Of a DNA stretch of 64,000 nt, positions 51,390-63,800 are shown piece after piece. The notes beneath the pieces are model-generated. The model made no database searches. It was not told the DNA's origin and saw nothing but the letters and a program-made list of their open reading frames with translations. The position numbers and the translations under genes are program-made. The stretch's first letter is position 1, and the number at the start of each line of letters is the position of its first letter. Origin of the DNA: Eledone cirrhosa (Eukaryota); NCBI GenBank assembly GCA_964016885.1, contig OZ024740.1, positions 428,358,001 through 428,422,000 of the forward strand, read 5' to 3'.

Positions 51390-54300
51390 CTCTCACTCTC
51401 TTGGTCTTCTCTCTCTCTCTCTTGGTCTTCTCTCACTCTCTTGGTCTTCTCTCACTCTCTTGGTATTCTCTCTCTCTATCTTGGTTTTCTCTCTCTCTTG
51501 GTCTTCTCTCACTCTCTTGGTCTTCTCTCTCTCTCTTGGTCTTCTCTCACTCTCTTGGTCTGCTCTCTCTCTCTCTTGGTCTTCTCTCTCTATCCTGGTC
51601 TTCTCTCTCTCTTTGTCTGCTCTCTCGCTCTTGGTCTTCTCTCTCACTCTCTTGGTCTTCTCTCTCTATCTTGGTATTCTCTCACTCTCTTGGTCTTCTC
51701 TCTCTCTTGGTCTTCTCTCTCTCTCTTGAATCTTCTCTCTCTCTCTCTTGGTCTTCTCTCACTCTCTTGGTTTTCTCTCTAGCTTGGTCTTCTCTCTCTC
51801 TTGGTCTTCTCTCTCTCTTGGTCTTCTCTCTCTCTCTTGAATCTTCTCTCTCTCTCTTGGTCTTCTCTCACTCTCTTGGTTTTCTCTCTCTCTTGGTCTT
51901 CTCTCTCTCTTGGTCTTCTCTCTCTCTCTTGAATCTTCTCTCTCTCTCTTGGTATTCTCTCACTCTCTTGGTCTTCTCTCTCTCTTGGTCTTCTCTCTCT
52001 CTCTTGAATCTTCTCTCTCTCTCTTGCTCTTCTCTCACTCTCATGGTTTTCTCTCACTCTCTTGGTCTTCTCTCACTCTCTTGGTTTTCACTCTGTCTCT
52101 TAGTCTTCTCTGTCTCTCTTGGTCTGCTCTCTCTCTCTTGGTCTTCACTCACTCTCTTGGTCTTCTCTCTCTCTCTTAGTATGCTCTCTCTCTTGGTCTT
52201 CTCTCTCTCTCTTGGTCTGCTCTCTCTCTCTTGGTCTTCTCTCACCCTCTTGGTCTGCTCTCTCTCTTTGGGCTTCTCTCTCTATCTTGGTCTTCTCTCT
52301 CTCTCTTGGTCTTCTCTCTCTCTCTTGGTCTGCACTCCTGCTCTTGGTCTTCTCCCTCTCTCTAGGTCTTCTCTCTCTATCTTGGTATTCTCTCACTCTC
52401 TTGGTCTTCTCTCTCTCTCTCTTGGTCTTCTCTCACTCTCTTGGTCTTCTCTTTCTCTCTTGGTCTTCTCTCTCTCTCTTGGTCTGCTCTCTCTCTCTCT
52501 CTCTTAGTCTTTTCTCACTCTCTTGGTCTGCTCTCTCTCTCTCTCTTGTTCTGCTTTCTCTCTCTTGGTCTTCTCTCTCTCTCTTGGTCTGCTCTCTCTC
52601 TCTTAGTCTTCTCTCACCCGCTTGTTCTGCTCTCTCTCTCTTGGACTTCTCTCTCTCTATTGGTCTTCTCACACTCTCTTGGTCTTCTCTCTCTCTCTTG
52701 GTCTGCTCTCTTGCTCTTGGTCTTTTCTCTCTCTCTTGGTCTTCTCTCTCTATCTTGGTCTTCTCTCTCTCCCTTGGTCTTCTCTCTCTCTCTTGGTCTT
52801 CTCTCACTCTCTTGGTCTGCTCTCTCTCTCTTGGGCTGCACTCTCTCTCATGGTCTTCTCTCTCTCTCTTGGTCTTCTCTCTCTCTCTTGGTCTTCTCTC
52901 ACTCTCTTGGTCTTCTCTCTATCTCTTGTTTTTCTATCACTCTCTTGGTCTTCTCTCTCTCTTCGTCTTCTCTCTCTATCTTGGTCTTCTCTCTCTCGCT
53001 TGGTCTTCTCTCTCTCTCTCTTGGTCTTCTCTCACTCTCATGGATTTCTCTCACTCTCTTGGTCTTCTCTCACTCTCTTGGTCTTCACTCTCTCTCTTAG
53101 TCTTCTCTGTCTCTCTTGGTCTTCACTCACTCTCTTGGTCTTCTCTCACTCTCTTGGTCTTCTCTCTCTCTCTTGGTGTTCTCTCATTCTCATGGTCTTC
53201 TCTCTCTCTTTTGGTCTTCACTCACTCTCCCGGTCTTCACTCACTCTCTTGGAGTTCACTCACTCTCTTGGTCTTCTCTCACTCTCTTGGTCTTCTCTCA
53301 CTCTCTTGGTCTTCTCTCTCTCTCTCTTGGTCTTCTCTCACTCTCTTGGTCTTCTCTCACTCTCTTGGTATTCTCTCTCTCTATCTTGGTTTTCTCTCTC
53401 TCTTGGTCTTCTCTCACTCTCTTGGTCTTCTCTCTCTCTCTTGGTCTTCTCTCACTCTCTTGGTCTGCTCTCTCTCTCTCTCTTGGTCTTCTCTCTCTAT
53501 CCTGGTCTTCTCTCTCTGTTTGTCTGCTCTCTCGCTCTTGGTCTTCTCTCTCACTCTCTTGGTCTTCTCTCTCTATCTTGGTATTCTCTCACTCTCTTGG
53601 TCTTCTCTCTCTCTTGGTCTTCTCTCTCTCTCTTGAATCTTCTCTCTCTCTCTTGGTCTTCTCTCACTCTCTTGGTTTTCTCTCTAGCTTGGTCTTCTCT
53701 CTCTCTTGGTCTTCTCTCTCTCTTGGTCTTCTCTCTCTCTCTTGAATCTTCTCTCTCTCTCTTGGTCTTCTCTCACTCTCTTGGTTTTCTCTCTCTCTTG
53801 GTCTTCTCTCTCTCTTGGTCTTCTCTCTCTCTCTTGAATCTTCTCTCTCTCTCTTGGTATTCTCTCACTCTCTTGGTCTTCTCTCTCTCTTGGTCTTCTC
53901 TCTCTCTCTTGAATCTTCTCTCTCTCTCTTGCTCTTCTCTCACTCTCATGGTTTTCTCTCACTCTCTTGGTCTTCTCTCACTCTCTTGGTTTTCACTCTG
54001 TCTCTTAGTCTTCTCTGTCTCTCTTGGTCTGCTCTCTCTCTCTTGGTCTTCACTCACTCTCTTGGTCTTCTCTCTCTCTCTTAGTATGCTCTCTCTCTTG
54101 GTCTTCTCTCTCTCTCTTGGTCTGCTCTCTCTTGGTCTTCTCTCACCCTCTTGGTCTGCTCTCTCTCTTTGGGCTTCTCTCTCTATCTTGGTCTTCTCTC
54201 TCTCTCTTGGTCTTCTCTCTCTCTCTTGGTCTGCACTCCTGCTCTTGGTCTTCTCCCTCTCTCTAGGTCTTCTCTCTCTATCTTGGTATTCTCTCACTCT

Positions 54301-57300
54301 CTTGGTCTTCTCTCTCTCTCTCTTGGTCTTCTCTCACTCTCTTGGTCTTCTCTTTCTCTCTTGGTCTTCTCTCTCTCTCTTGGTCTGCTCTCTCTCTCTC
54401 TCTCTTAGTCTTTTCTCACTCTCTTGGTCTGCTCTCTCTCTCTCTCTTGTTCTGCTCTCTCTCTCTTGGTCTTCTCTCTCTCTCTTGGTCTGCTCTCTCT
54501 CTCTTAGTCTTCTCTCACCCGCTTGTTCTGCTCTCTCTCTCTTGGACTTCTCTCTCTCTATTGGTCTTCTCACACTCTCTTGGTCTTCTCTATCTCTCTT
54601 GGTCTGCTCTCTCGCTCTTGGTCTTTTCTCTCTCTCTTGGTCTTCTCTCTCTATCTTGGTCTTCTCTCTCTCCCTTGGTCTTCTCTCTCTCTCTTGGTCT
54701 TCTCTCACTCTCTTGGTCTGCTCTCTCTCTCTTGGGCTGCACTCTCTCTCATGGTCTTCTCTCTCTCTCTTGGTCTTCTCTCTCTCTCTTGGTCTTCTCT
54801 CACTCTCTTGGTCTTCTCTCTATCTCTTGTTTTTCTATCACTCTCTTGGTCTTCTCTCTCTCTTCGTCTTCTCTCTCTATCTTGGTCTTCTCTCTCTCGC
54901 TTGGTCTTCTCTCTCTCTCTCTTGGTCTTCTCTCACTCTCATGGATTTCTCTCACTCTCTTGGTCTTCTCTCACTCTCTTGGTCTTCACTCTCTCTCTTA
55001 GTCTTCTCTGTCTCTCTTGGTCTTCACTCACTCTCTTGGTCTTCTCTCACTCTCTTGGTCTTCTCTCTCTCTCTTGGTGTTCTCTCATTCTCATGGTCTT
55101 CTCTCTCTCTTTTGGTCTTCACTCACTCTCCCGGTCTTCACTCACTCTCTTGGAGTTCACTCACTCTCTTGGTCTTCTCTCACTCTCTTGGTCTTCTCTC
55201 ACTCTCTTGGTCTTCTCTCTCTCTCTCTTGGACTTCTCTCACTCTCTTGGTCTTCTCTCACTCTCTTGGTATTCTCTCTCTCTATCTTGGTTTTCTCTCT
55301 CTCTTGGTCTTCTCTTACTCTCTCGGTCCTCTCTCTCTTTCTTCGTCTTCTCTCACTCTGTTTGCCTTTTCTCTCTCTCTCTCTTGGTCTTCTCTCACTC
55401 TCTCTCGGTCTTCTCTCACTCTCTTGGTCTTCCCCCACTCTCTTGGTATCCTCTCTCACTCTTGGTCTTCTCTCTGTCTCTTGGTCTTTTCTCACTCTCT
55501 TGGTCTTCTCTCTCTCTCCTGGTCTTTTCTCACTCTCTTGGTCTTCTCTCTCTCTCTTGGTCTTCTCTCACTCTCTTGGTCTTCTCTCACTCTCTTGGTC
55601 TTCTCTCTCTCTCTCTTGGTCTTCTCTCACTCTCTTGGTCTTCTCTCACTCTCTTGGTATTCTCTCTCTCTATCTTGGTTTTCTCTCTCTCTTGGTCTTC
55701 TCTCACTCTCTTGGTCTTCTCTCTCTCTCTTGGTCTTCTCTCACTCTCTTGGTCTGCTCTCTCTCTCTCTTGGTCTTCTCTCTCTATCCTGGTCTTCTCT
55801 CTCTCTTTGTCTGCTCTCTCGCTCTTGGTCTTCTCTCTCACTCTCTTGGTCTTCTCTCTCTATCTTGGTATTCTCTCACTCTCTTGGTCTTCTCTCTCTC
55901 TTGGTCTTCTCTCTCTCTCTTGAATCTTCTCTCTCTCTCTTGGTCTTCTCTCACTCTCTTGGTTTTCTCTCTCTCTTGGTCTTCTCTCTCTCTTGGTCTT
56001 CTCTCTCTCTTGGTCTTCTCTCTCTCTCTTGAATCTTCTCTCTCTCTCTTGGTCTTCTCTCACTCTCTTGGTTTTCTCTCTCTCTTTGTCTTCTCTCTCT
56101 CTTGGTCTTCTCTCTCTCTCTTGAATCTTCTCTCTCTCTCTTGGTATTCTCTCACTCTCTTGGTCTTCTCTCTCTCTTGGTCTTCTCTCTCTCTCTTGAA
56201 TCTTCTCTCTCTCTCTTGCTCTTCTCTCACTCTCATGGTTTTCTCTCACTCTCTTGGTCTTCTCTCACTCTCTTGGTTTTCACTCTGTCTCTTAGTCTTC
56301 TCTGTCTCTCTTGGTCTGCTCTCTCTCTCTTGGTCTTCACTCACTCTCTTGGTCTTCTCTCTCTCTCTTAGTATGCTCTCTCTCTTAGTCTTCCCTCTCT
56401 CTCTTGGTCTGCTCTCTCTCTCTTGGTCTTCTCTCACCCTCTTGGTCTGCTCTCTCTCTTTGGGCTTCTCTCTCTATCTTGGTCTTCTCTCTCTCTCTTG
56501 GTCTTCTCTCTCTCTCTTGGTCTGCACTCCTGCTCTTGGTCTTCTCCCTCTCTCTAGGTCTTCTCTCTCTATCTTGGTATTCTCTCACTCTCTTGGTCTT
56601 CTCTCTCTCTCTCTTGGTCTTCTCTCACTCTCTTGGTCTTCTCTCTCTTGGTCTTCTCTCACTCTCTTGGTCTTCTCTTTCTCTCTTGGTCTTCTCTCTC
56701 TCTCTCGGTCTGCTCTCTCTCTCTCTCTCTTAGTCTTTTCTCACTCTCTTGGTCTGCTCTCTCTCTCTCTCTTGTTCTGCTCTCTCTTTCTTGGTCTTCT
56801 CTCTCTCTCTTGGTCTGCTCTCTCTCTCTTAGTCTTCTCTCACCCGCTTGTTCTGCTCTCTCTCTCTTGGGCTTCTCTCTCTCTATTGGTCTTCTCACAC
56901 TCTCTTGGTCTTCTCTCTCTCTCTTGGTCTGCTCTCTCGCTCTTGGTCTTTTCTCTCTCTCTTGGTCTTCTCTCTCTATCTTGGTCTTCTCTCTCTCCCT
57001 TGGTCTTCTCTCTCTCTCTTGGTCTTCTCTCACTCTCTTGGTCTGCTCTCTCTCTCTTGGGCTGCACTCTCTCTCATGGTCTTCTCTCTCTCTCTTGGTC
57101 TTCTCTCTCTCTCTTGGTCTTCTCTCACTCTCTTGGTCTTCTCTCTATCTCTTGTTTTTCTATCACTCTCTTGGTCTTCTCTCTCTCTTCGTCTTCTCTC
57201 TCTATCTTGGTCTTCTCTCTCTCGCTTGGTCTTCTCTCTCTCTCTCTTGGTCTTCTCTCACTCTCATGGATTTCTCTCACTCTCTTGGTCTTCTCTCACT

Positions 57301-57880
57301 CTCTTGGTCTTCACTCTCTCTCTTATTCTTCTCTGTCTCTCTTGGTCTTCACTCACTCTCTTGGTCTTCTCTCACTCTCTTGGTCTTCTCTCTCTCTCTT
57401 GGTCTTCTCTCATTCTCATGGTCTTCTCTCTCTCTTTTGGTCTTCACTCACTCTCCCGGTCTTCACTCACTCTCTTGGAGTTCACTCACTCTCTTGGTCT
57501 TCTCTCACTCTCTTGGTCTTCTCTCACTCTCTTGGTCTTCTCTCTCTCTCTCTTGGTCTTCTCTCACTCTCTTGGTCTTCTCTCACTCTCTTGGTATTCT
57601 CTCTCTCTATCTTGGTTTTCTCTCTCTCTTGGTCTTCTCTTACTCTCTCGGTCCTCTCTCTCTTTCTTCGTCTTCTCTCACTCTGTTTGCCTTTTCTCTC
57701 TCTCTCTCTTGGTCTTCTCTCACTCTCTCTCGGTCTTCTCTCAATCTCTTGGTCTTCCCCCACTCTCTTGGTATCCTCTCTCACTCTTGGTCTTCTCTCT
57801 GTCTCTTGGTCTTTTCTCACTCTCTTGGTCTTCTCTCTCTCTCCTGGTCTTTTCTCACTCTCTTGGTCTTCTCTCTCTCT
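51390..57880 (+). repeat. Three tandem copies of a ~1.9-kb higher-order unit (periods ~1901-1905 and ~2290-2325 bp)
   Basis: CACCCGCTTGTTCTGC occurs at 52615, 54516 and 56841, and GGAGTTCAC at 53251, 55152 and 57477. Copies 2 and 3 are each followed by an extra block carrying GTTTGCC (55360, 57685). Confidence 0.9.
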
Positions 57881-60800
57881 CTTGGTCTTCTCTCACTCTC
57901 TTGGTCTGCTCTCTCTCTTTCTCTCTTGGTCTTCCCTATCTCTCTTGGTCTTCACTCTCTCTCCATTGGTCTTCACTCACTCTCTTGGTTTTCTCTGACT
58001 CTCTTGGTCTTCTCTCTCTCTCATGGTCTTCTCTCACTCTCTTGGTCTTCTCTCTCTCTCTCTTGGTCTTCTCTCACTCTCTTGGTCTGCTCTCTCTCTC
58101 TCTCTTGGTCTTCTCTCTCTCGCTTGGTTTTCACTCTCTCTCCATTGGTCTTCACTCACTCTCTTGGTTTTCTTTCACTCTTTTGTGCTTCTCACACTCT
58201 CTTGGTCTTCTCTCTCTCCCTTGGTCTGCTCTCTCGCTCATGGTCTTCTCTCTTTCTCTCTTGGTCTTCTCTCTCTATATTGGTCTTCTCTCTCTCTCTT
58301 GGTTTTCTCTCTCTCTTGGTCTGCTCTCACTCTCTTGGTCTGCTCTCTCTCTCTTGGTCTGCACTCTCTCTCTTGGTCTTCTCTCTCTCTCTTGGTCTTC
58401 TCTCTCTCTCTTGGTCTTCTCTCACTCTCTTGGTCTTCTCTTTCTCTCTTGGTCTTCTCTCACTCTCTTGGTCTGCTCTTTCTCTCTTGGTCTGCTCTCT
58501 CTCTCTTGGTCTGCACTCTCTCTCCTGGTCAGCTCTCGCTCTCTTGGTCTTCTCTCTCTCTTGGTCTTTTCTCACTCTCTTGGTCTTCTCTCAACCTCTT
58601 GGTCTTCTCTCTATCTCTTGTTTTTCTATCACTCTCTTGGTCTTCTCTCTCTCTCTTGGTCTTCTCTCTCTATCTTGGTCTTCTCCCTCTCTCTTGGTCT
58701 TCTCTCTCTCTTGGTCTGCTCTCTCGCTCTCTTGGTCTTCCCTCTCTCTCTTGGTCTTCTCTCTCTCTCTCTTGGTCTTCCCTCTCTCTCTTGGTCTTCT
58801 CTCTCTCTCTCTTGATCTTCTCTCTCTCTCTTGGTCTTCTCTCTCTCTCTTGGTCTTGTCTCTCTCTCTTGGTCTTCTCTCTCTATATTGGTCTTCTCTC
58901 TCTCTCTTTGTCTTCTCTCTCTCTCTCTTGATCTTCTCTCTCTCTCTTGGCCTTCTCTCACTCTCTTGGTCTTCAATCTCTCTCTTGGTCTTCTCTCACT
59001 CTCTTGGTCTGCTCTCTCTCTCTCTATTGGTCTTCACTCTCTCCCTTGGCCTACACTCTCTCTCCATTGGTATTCACTCACTCTCTTGGTTAATTCTGAC
59101 TCTCTTGGTCTTCTCTCTCTCTCTCTTGGTCTTCTCTCACTCTCTTGGTCTTCTCTCTCTCTCTTGTTTTTCTATCACTCTCTTGGTCTTCTCTCTCTCT
59201 TCGTCTTCTCTCTCTATCTTGGTCTTCTCTCTCTCGCTTGGTCTTCTCTCTCTCTCTCTTGGTCTTCTCTCACTCTCATGGATTTCTCTCACTCTCTTGG
59301 TCTTCTCTCACTCTCTTGGTCTTCACTCTCTCTCTTAGTCTTCTCTGTCTCTCTTGGTCTTCACTCACTCTCTTGGTCTTCTCTCACTCTCTTGGTCTTC
59401 TCTCACTCTCTTGGTCTTCTCTGTCTCTCTTGGTCTTCACTCACTCTCTTGGTCTGCTCTCTCGCTCTTGGTCTTCTCTCTCTCTCTCTTGGTCTGCTCT
59501 CTCTCTCTCTTGGTCTTCTCTCACTCTCTTGGTCTGCTCTCTCTCTCTCTCTCTTGGTCTTCTCTTTCTCTCTTGGTCTTCTCTCTCTCTCTCTCTTGGT
59601 CTGCTCTCTCTCTCTCTCTTAGTCTGCTCTCTCTCTCTTGGTCTTCTCTCTCTCTCTTGATCTGCTCTCTCTCTCTTAGTCTTCTCTCACCCTCTTGGTC
59701 TGCTCTCTCTCTTTGGGCTTCTCTCTCTATCTTGGTCTTCTCTCTCTCTCTTAGTCTTCTCTCTCTCTCTTGGTCTGCTCTCCTGCTCTTGGTCTTCTCC
59801 CTCTCTTTAGGTCTTCTCTCTCTATCTTGGTATTCTCTCACTCTCTTGGTCTTCTCTCTCTCTCTTGGTCTTCTCTCACTCTCTTGGTCTGCTCTCTCTC
59901 TCTTGGTCTTCACTCACTCTCTTGGTCTTCTCTCTCTCTCTTGGTATGCTCTCTCTCTTGGTCTTATCTCTCTCTCTTGGTCTGCTCTCTCTCTCTTGGT
60001 CTTCTCTCACTCTCTTGGTCTGCTCTCTCTCTCTTGGTCTTCTCTTTCTCTCTTGGTCTTCTCTCACTCTCTTGGTCTGCTCTCTCTCTCTCTCTCTTAG
60101 TCTTTTCTCACTCTCTTAGTCTGCTCTCTCTCTCTCTTGGTCTGCTCTCTCTCTCTTGGACTTCTCTCTCTCTTGGTCTGCTCTCTCTCTCTTGGTCTTC
60201 TCACACTGTCTTGGTCTTCTCTCACTCTCTTGGACTTCACTCACTCTCTTGGTCTTCTCTCACTCTCTTGGTCTTCTCTCACTTTCTTGGTCTTCTCTCA
60301 CTCTCTTGGTCTGCTCTCTCTCTCTCTTGGTCTTCTCTCTCTCTTGGTCTTCTCTCTCTCTTGGTCTTCTCTCACTCTCTTGGTCTTCTCTCTCTCTCCT
60401 GGTCTTTTCTCTCTCTTGGTCTGCTCTCTCGCTCTTGGTCTTCTCTCTCACTCTCTTGGTCTTCTCTCTCTATCTTGGTATTCCCTCACTCTCTTGGTCT
60501 TCTCTCTCTCTCTTTGTCTTCTCTCTCTCTCTCTTGAATCTTCTCTCTCTCTTGGTCTTCTCTCACTCTCTTGGTCTTCTCTCTCTCTCTTGGTCTTCTC
60601 TCACTCTCTTGGTATTCTCTCACTCTCTTGGTCTTCTCTCTCTCTCTTGGTCTTCTCTCTCTGTCTTGAATCTTCTCTCTCTCACTTGGTCTTCTCTCAC
60701 CCTCTTGGTCTTCTCTCTATCTCTTGTTTTTCTATCACTCTCTTGGTCTTCTCTCTCTCTCTTGGTCTTCTCTCTCTATCTTGGTCTTCTCTCTCTCTCA

Positions 60801-63800
60801 TGGTCTTCTCTCACTCTCTTGGTCTTATCTCACTCTCTTGGTATTCTCTCTCGCTCTATCTTGGTTTTCTCTCTCTCTTGGTCTTCTCTCACTCTCTCGG
60901 TCCTTTCTCGCTCTCTTAGTCTTCTCTCACTCTCTTGGTCTATTCTCTCTCTCTCTTGGTCTACTCTCACTCTCTCCTGGTCTTCTCTCACTCTCTTGGT
61001 CTTCCCCCACTCTCTTGGTATTCTCCCTCACAATTGGTCTTCTCTCTCTCTCTTGGTCTTCTCTCACTCTCTTGGTCTTCAATCTCTCCCTTGGTCTTCT
61101 CTCACTCTCTTGGTCTGCTCTCTCTCTCTCTCTCTCTCTCTCTTGGTCTTCTCTCTCTCTCTTGGTTTTCACTCTCTCTCCATTGGTTTTCACACACTCT
61201 CTCGGTTTTCTCTGACTCTCTTGGTCTTCTCTCTCTCTCTTCGTCTTCTCTCACTCTCTTCGTCTTCTCTCTCTCTCTCTTGGTCTTATCGCACGCTCTT
61301 CGTCTGCTCTCTCTCTCTCTTGGTCTTCTCTCTCTCTCTTGGTCTTCACTCTCTCTCCATTGGTCTTCACTCACTCTCTTGGTTTTGTCTCACTCTCTTG
61401 GTCTTCCCTCTCTCCCTCGGTCTGCTCTCTCGCTCTTGGTCTTCTCTGTCTCTCTATCTTGGTCTTCTCTCTCTGTCTTCGTCTTCTCTCTCACTCTTGG
61501 TCTTATCTCACTCTCTTGGTCTTCTCTCTCTCTCTTGGTCTTATCTCACTCACTTCATCTGCTCTCTCTCTCTCTTGGTCTTCTCTCACTCTCTTGGTCT
61601 TCTCTCTCTCTCCTGGTCAGCTCTCGCTCTCTTGGTCTTCTCTCTCTCTCTCTTGGTCTTCTCTCACTCTCTTGGTCTTCAATCTCTCTCTTGGTCTTCT
61701 CTCACTCTCTTGGTCTGCTCTCTCTCTCTCTATTGGTCTTCACTCTCTCCCTTGGTCTTCACTCTCTCTCCATTGGTATTCACTCACTCTCTTGGTTAAT
61801 TCTGACTCTCTTGGTCTTCTCTCTCTCTCTTGGTCTTCTCTCACTCTGTTGGTCTTCTCTCTCTCTCTTGGTCTTATCTCACTCTCTTGGTCTGCTCTCT
61901 CTCTCTCTCTTGGTCTTCTCTCTCTCTTGGTCTTCACTCTCTCTCCATTGGTCTTCACTCACTCTCTTGGTTTTCTCTCACTCTCTTGGTATTCTCACAC
62001 TCTCTTGGTCTTCTCACTCTCTTGGTCTGCTCTCTCTCTCTTGGTCTTCTCCCTCTCTCTTGAGCTGCTCTCTTACTCTTAGTCTTCTCTCACCCTCTTG
62101 GTCTGCTCTCTCTCTTTGGGCTTCTCTCTCTATCTTGGTCTTCTCTCTCTCTCTTGGTCTTCTCTCTCTCTCTTGGTCTGCTCTCCTGCTCTTGGTCTTC
62201 TCCCTCTCTTTAGGTCTTCTCTCTCTATCTTGGTATTCTCTCACTCTCTTGGTCTTCTCTCTCTCTCTTGGTCTTCTCTCACTCTCTTGGTCTGCTCTCT
62301 CTCTCTCTTGGTCTTCACTCACTCTCTTGGTCTTCTCTCTCTCTCTCTTGGTATGCTCTCTCTCTTGGTCTTCTCTCTCTCTCTCTTGGTCTGCTCTCTC
62401 TCTCTTGGTCTTCTCTTTCTCTCTTGGTCTTCTCTCACTCTCTTGGTCTGCTCTCTCTCTCTCTTAGTCTTTTCTCACTCTTTTAGTCTGCTCTCTCTCT
62501 CTCTAGGTCTGCTCTCTCTCTCTTGGTCTTCTCTCTCTCTCTTGGTCTGATCTCTCTCTCTTGGTCTTCTCACACTCTCTTGGTCTTCTCTCACTCTCTT
62601 GGTCTTCACTCTCTCTCTCTTAGTCTTCTCTGTCTCTCTTGGTCTTCACTCACTCTCTTGGTCCTCTCTCACTCTCTTGGTCTTCTCCCATTCTCATGGT
62701 CTTCTCTCTCTCTTTTGGTCTTCACTCACTCTCCCGGTCTTCACTCACTCTCTTGGACTTCACTCACACTCTTGGTCTTCTCTCACTCTCTTGGTCTTCT
62801 CTCTCTCTCTCTTGGTCTTCTCTCTCTCTCTCTTGGTCTTCTCTCACTCTCTCGGTCCTCTCTCTCTCTCTTTGTCTTCTCTCACTCTGTTTGCCTTTTC
62901 TATCTCTCTCTTGGTCTTCTCTCACTCTCTCTCTCGGTCTTCTCTCACTCTCTTGGTCTTCCACCACTCTCTTGGTATCCTCTCTCACTTTTGGTCTTCT
63001 CTCTCTCTCTCTTGGTCTTTTCTCACTCTCTTGGTCTTCTCTCACTCTCTTGGTATCCTCTCACTCTCTTGGTCTGCTCTCTCTCTCTCTCTCTTGGTCT
63101 TCCCTATCTCTCTTGGTCTTCACTCTCTCTCCATTGGTCTTCACTCACTCTCTTAGTTTTCTCAGACTCTCTTGGTCTTCGCTCTCTCTCATGGTCTTCT
63201 CTCACTCTCTTGGTCTTCTCTCTCTCTTGGTCTTCTCTCACTCTCTTGGTCTTCTCTCTCTCTCTCTCTCTTGGTCTTCACTCACTCTCTTGGTTTTCTT
63301 TCACTCTTTTGGTCTTCTCACACTCTCTTGGTCTTCTCTCTCTCCCTTGGTCTGCTCTCTCGCTCTTGGTCTTCTCTCTCTCTCTCTTGGTCTTCTCTCT
63401 ATATATTGGTCTTCTCTCTCTCTCTTGGTCTTCTCTCTCTCTCTTGGTCTTCTCTCACTCTCTTGGTCTGCTCTCTCTCTCTCTGTCTGCTCTCTCTGTC
63501 TTGGTCTTCTCTCTCCCTCTTGGTCTGCTCTCTCGCTCTTGGTCTTCTCTCTCTCTCTTGGTCTTCTCTCTCTATCTTGGTCTTCTCTCTCTCTCTTGCT
63601 CTTCTCTCACTCTCATGGTTTTCTCTCACTCTCTTGGTCTGCTCTCTCTCTCTTGGTCTGCCCTCTCTATCATGGTCTTCTCTCTCTCTCTCTTGGTCTT
63701 CTCTCTCTATCTTGGTCTTCTCTCTCTCTCTCTTGCTCTTCTCTCACTCTCATGGTTTTCTCTCACTCTCTTGGTCTTCTCTCACTATCTTGGTTTTCAC

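Noticed and set aside
1086-63629. Short - strand ORFs with RE/ER-rich peptides (REREKTK, EDQERERRP)
   Set aside because: These are translations of (GA)n. They are cut constantly by TGA arising from the CTCA variants, with no frame conservation and no unique domain.
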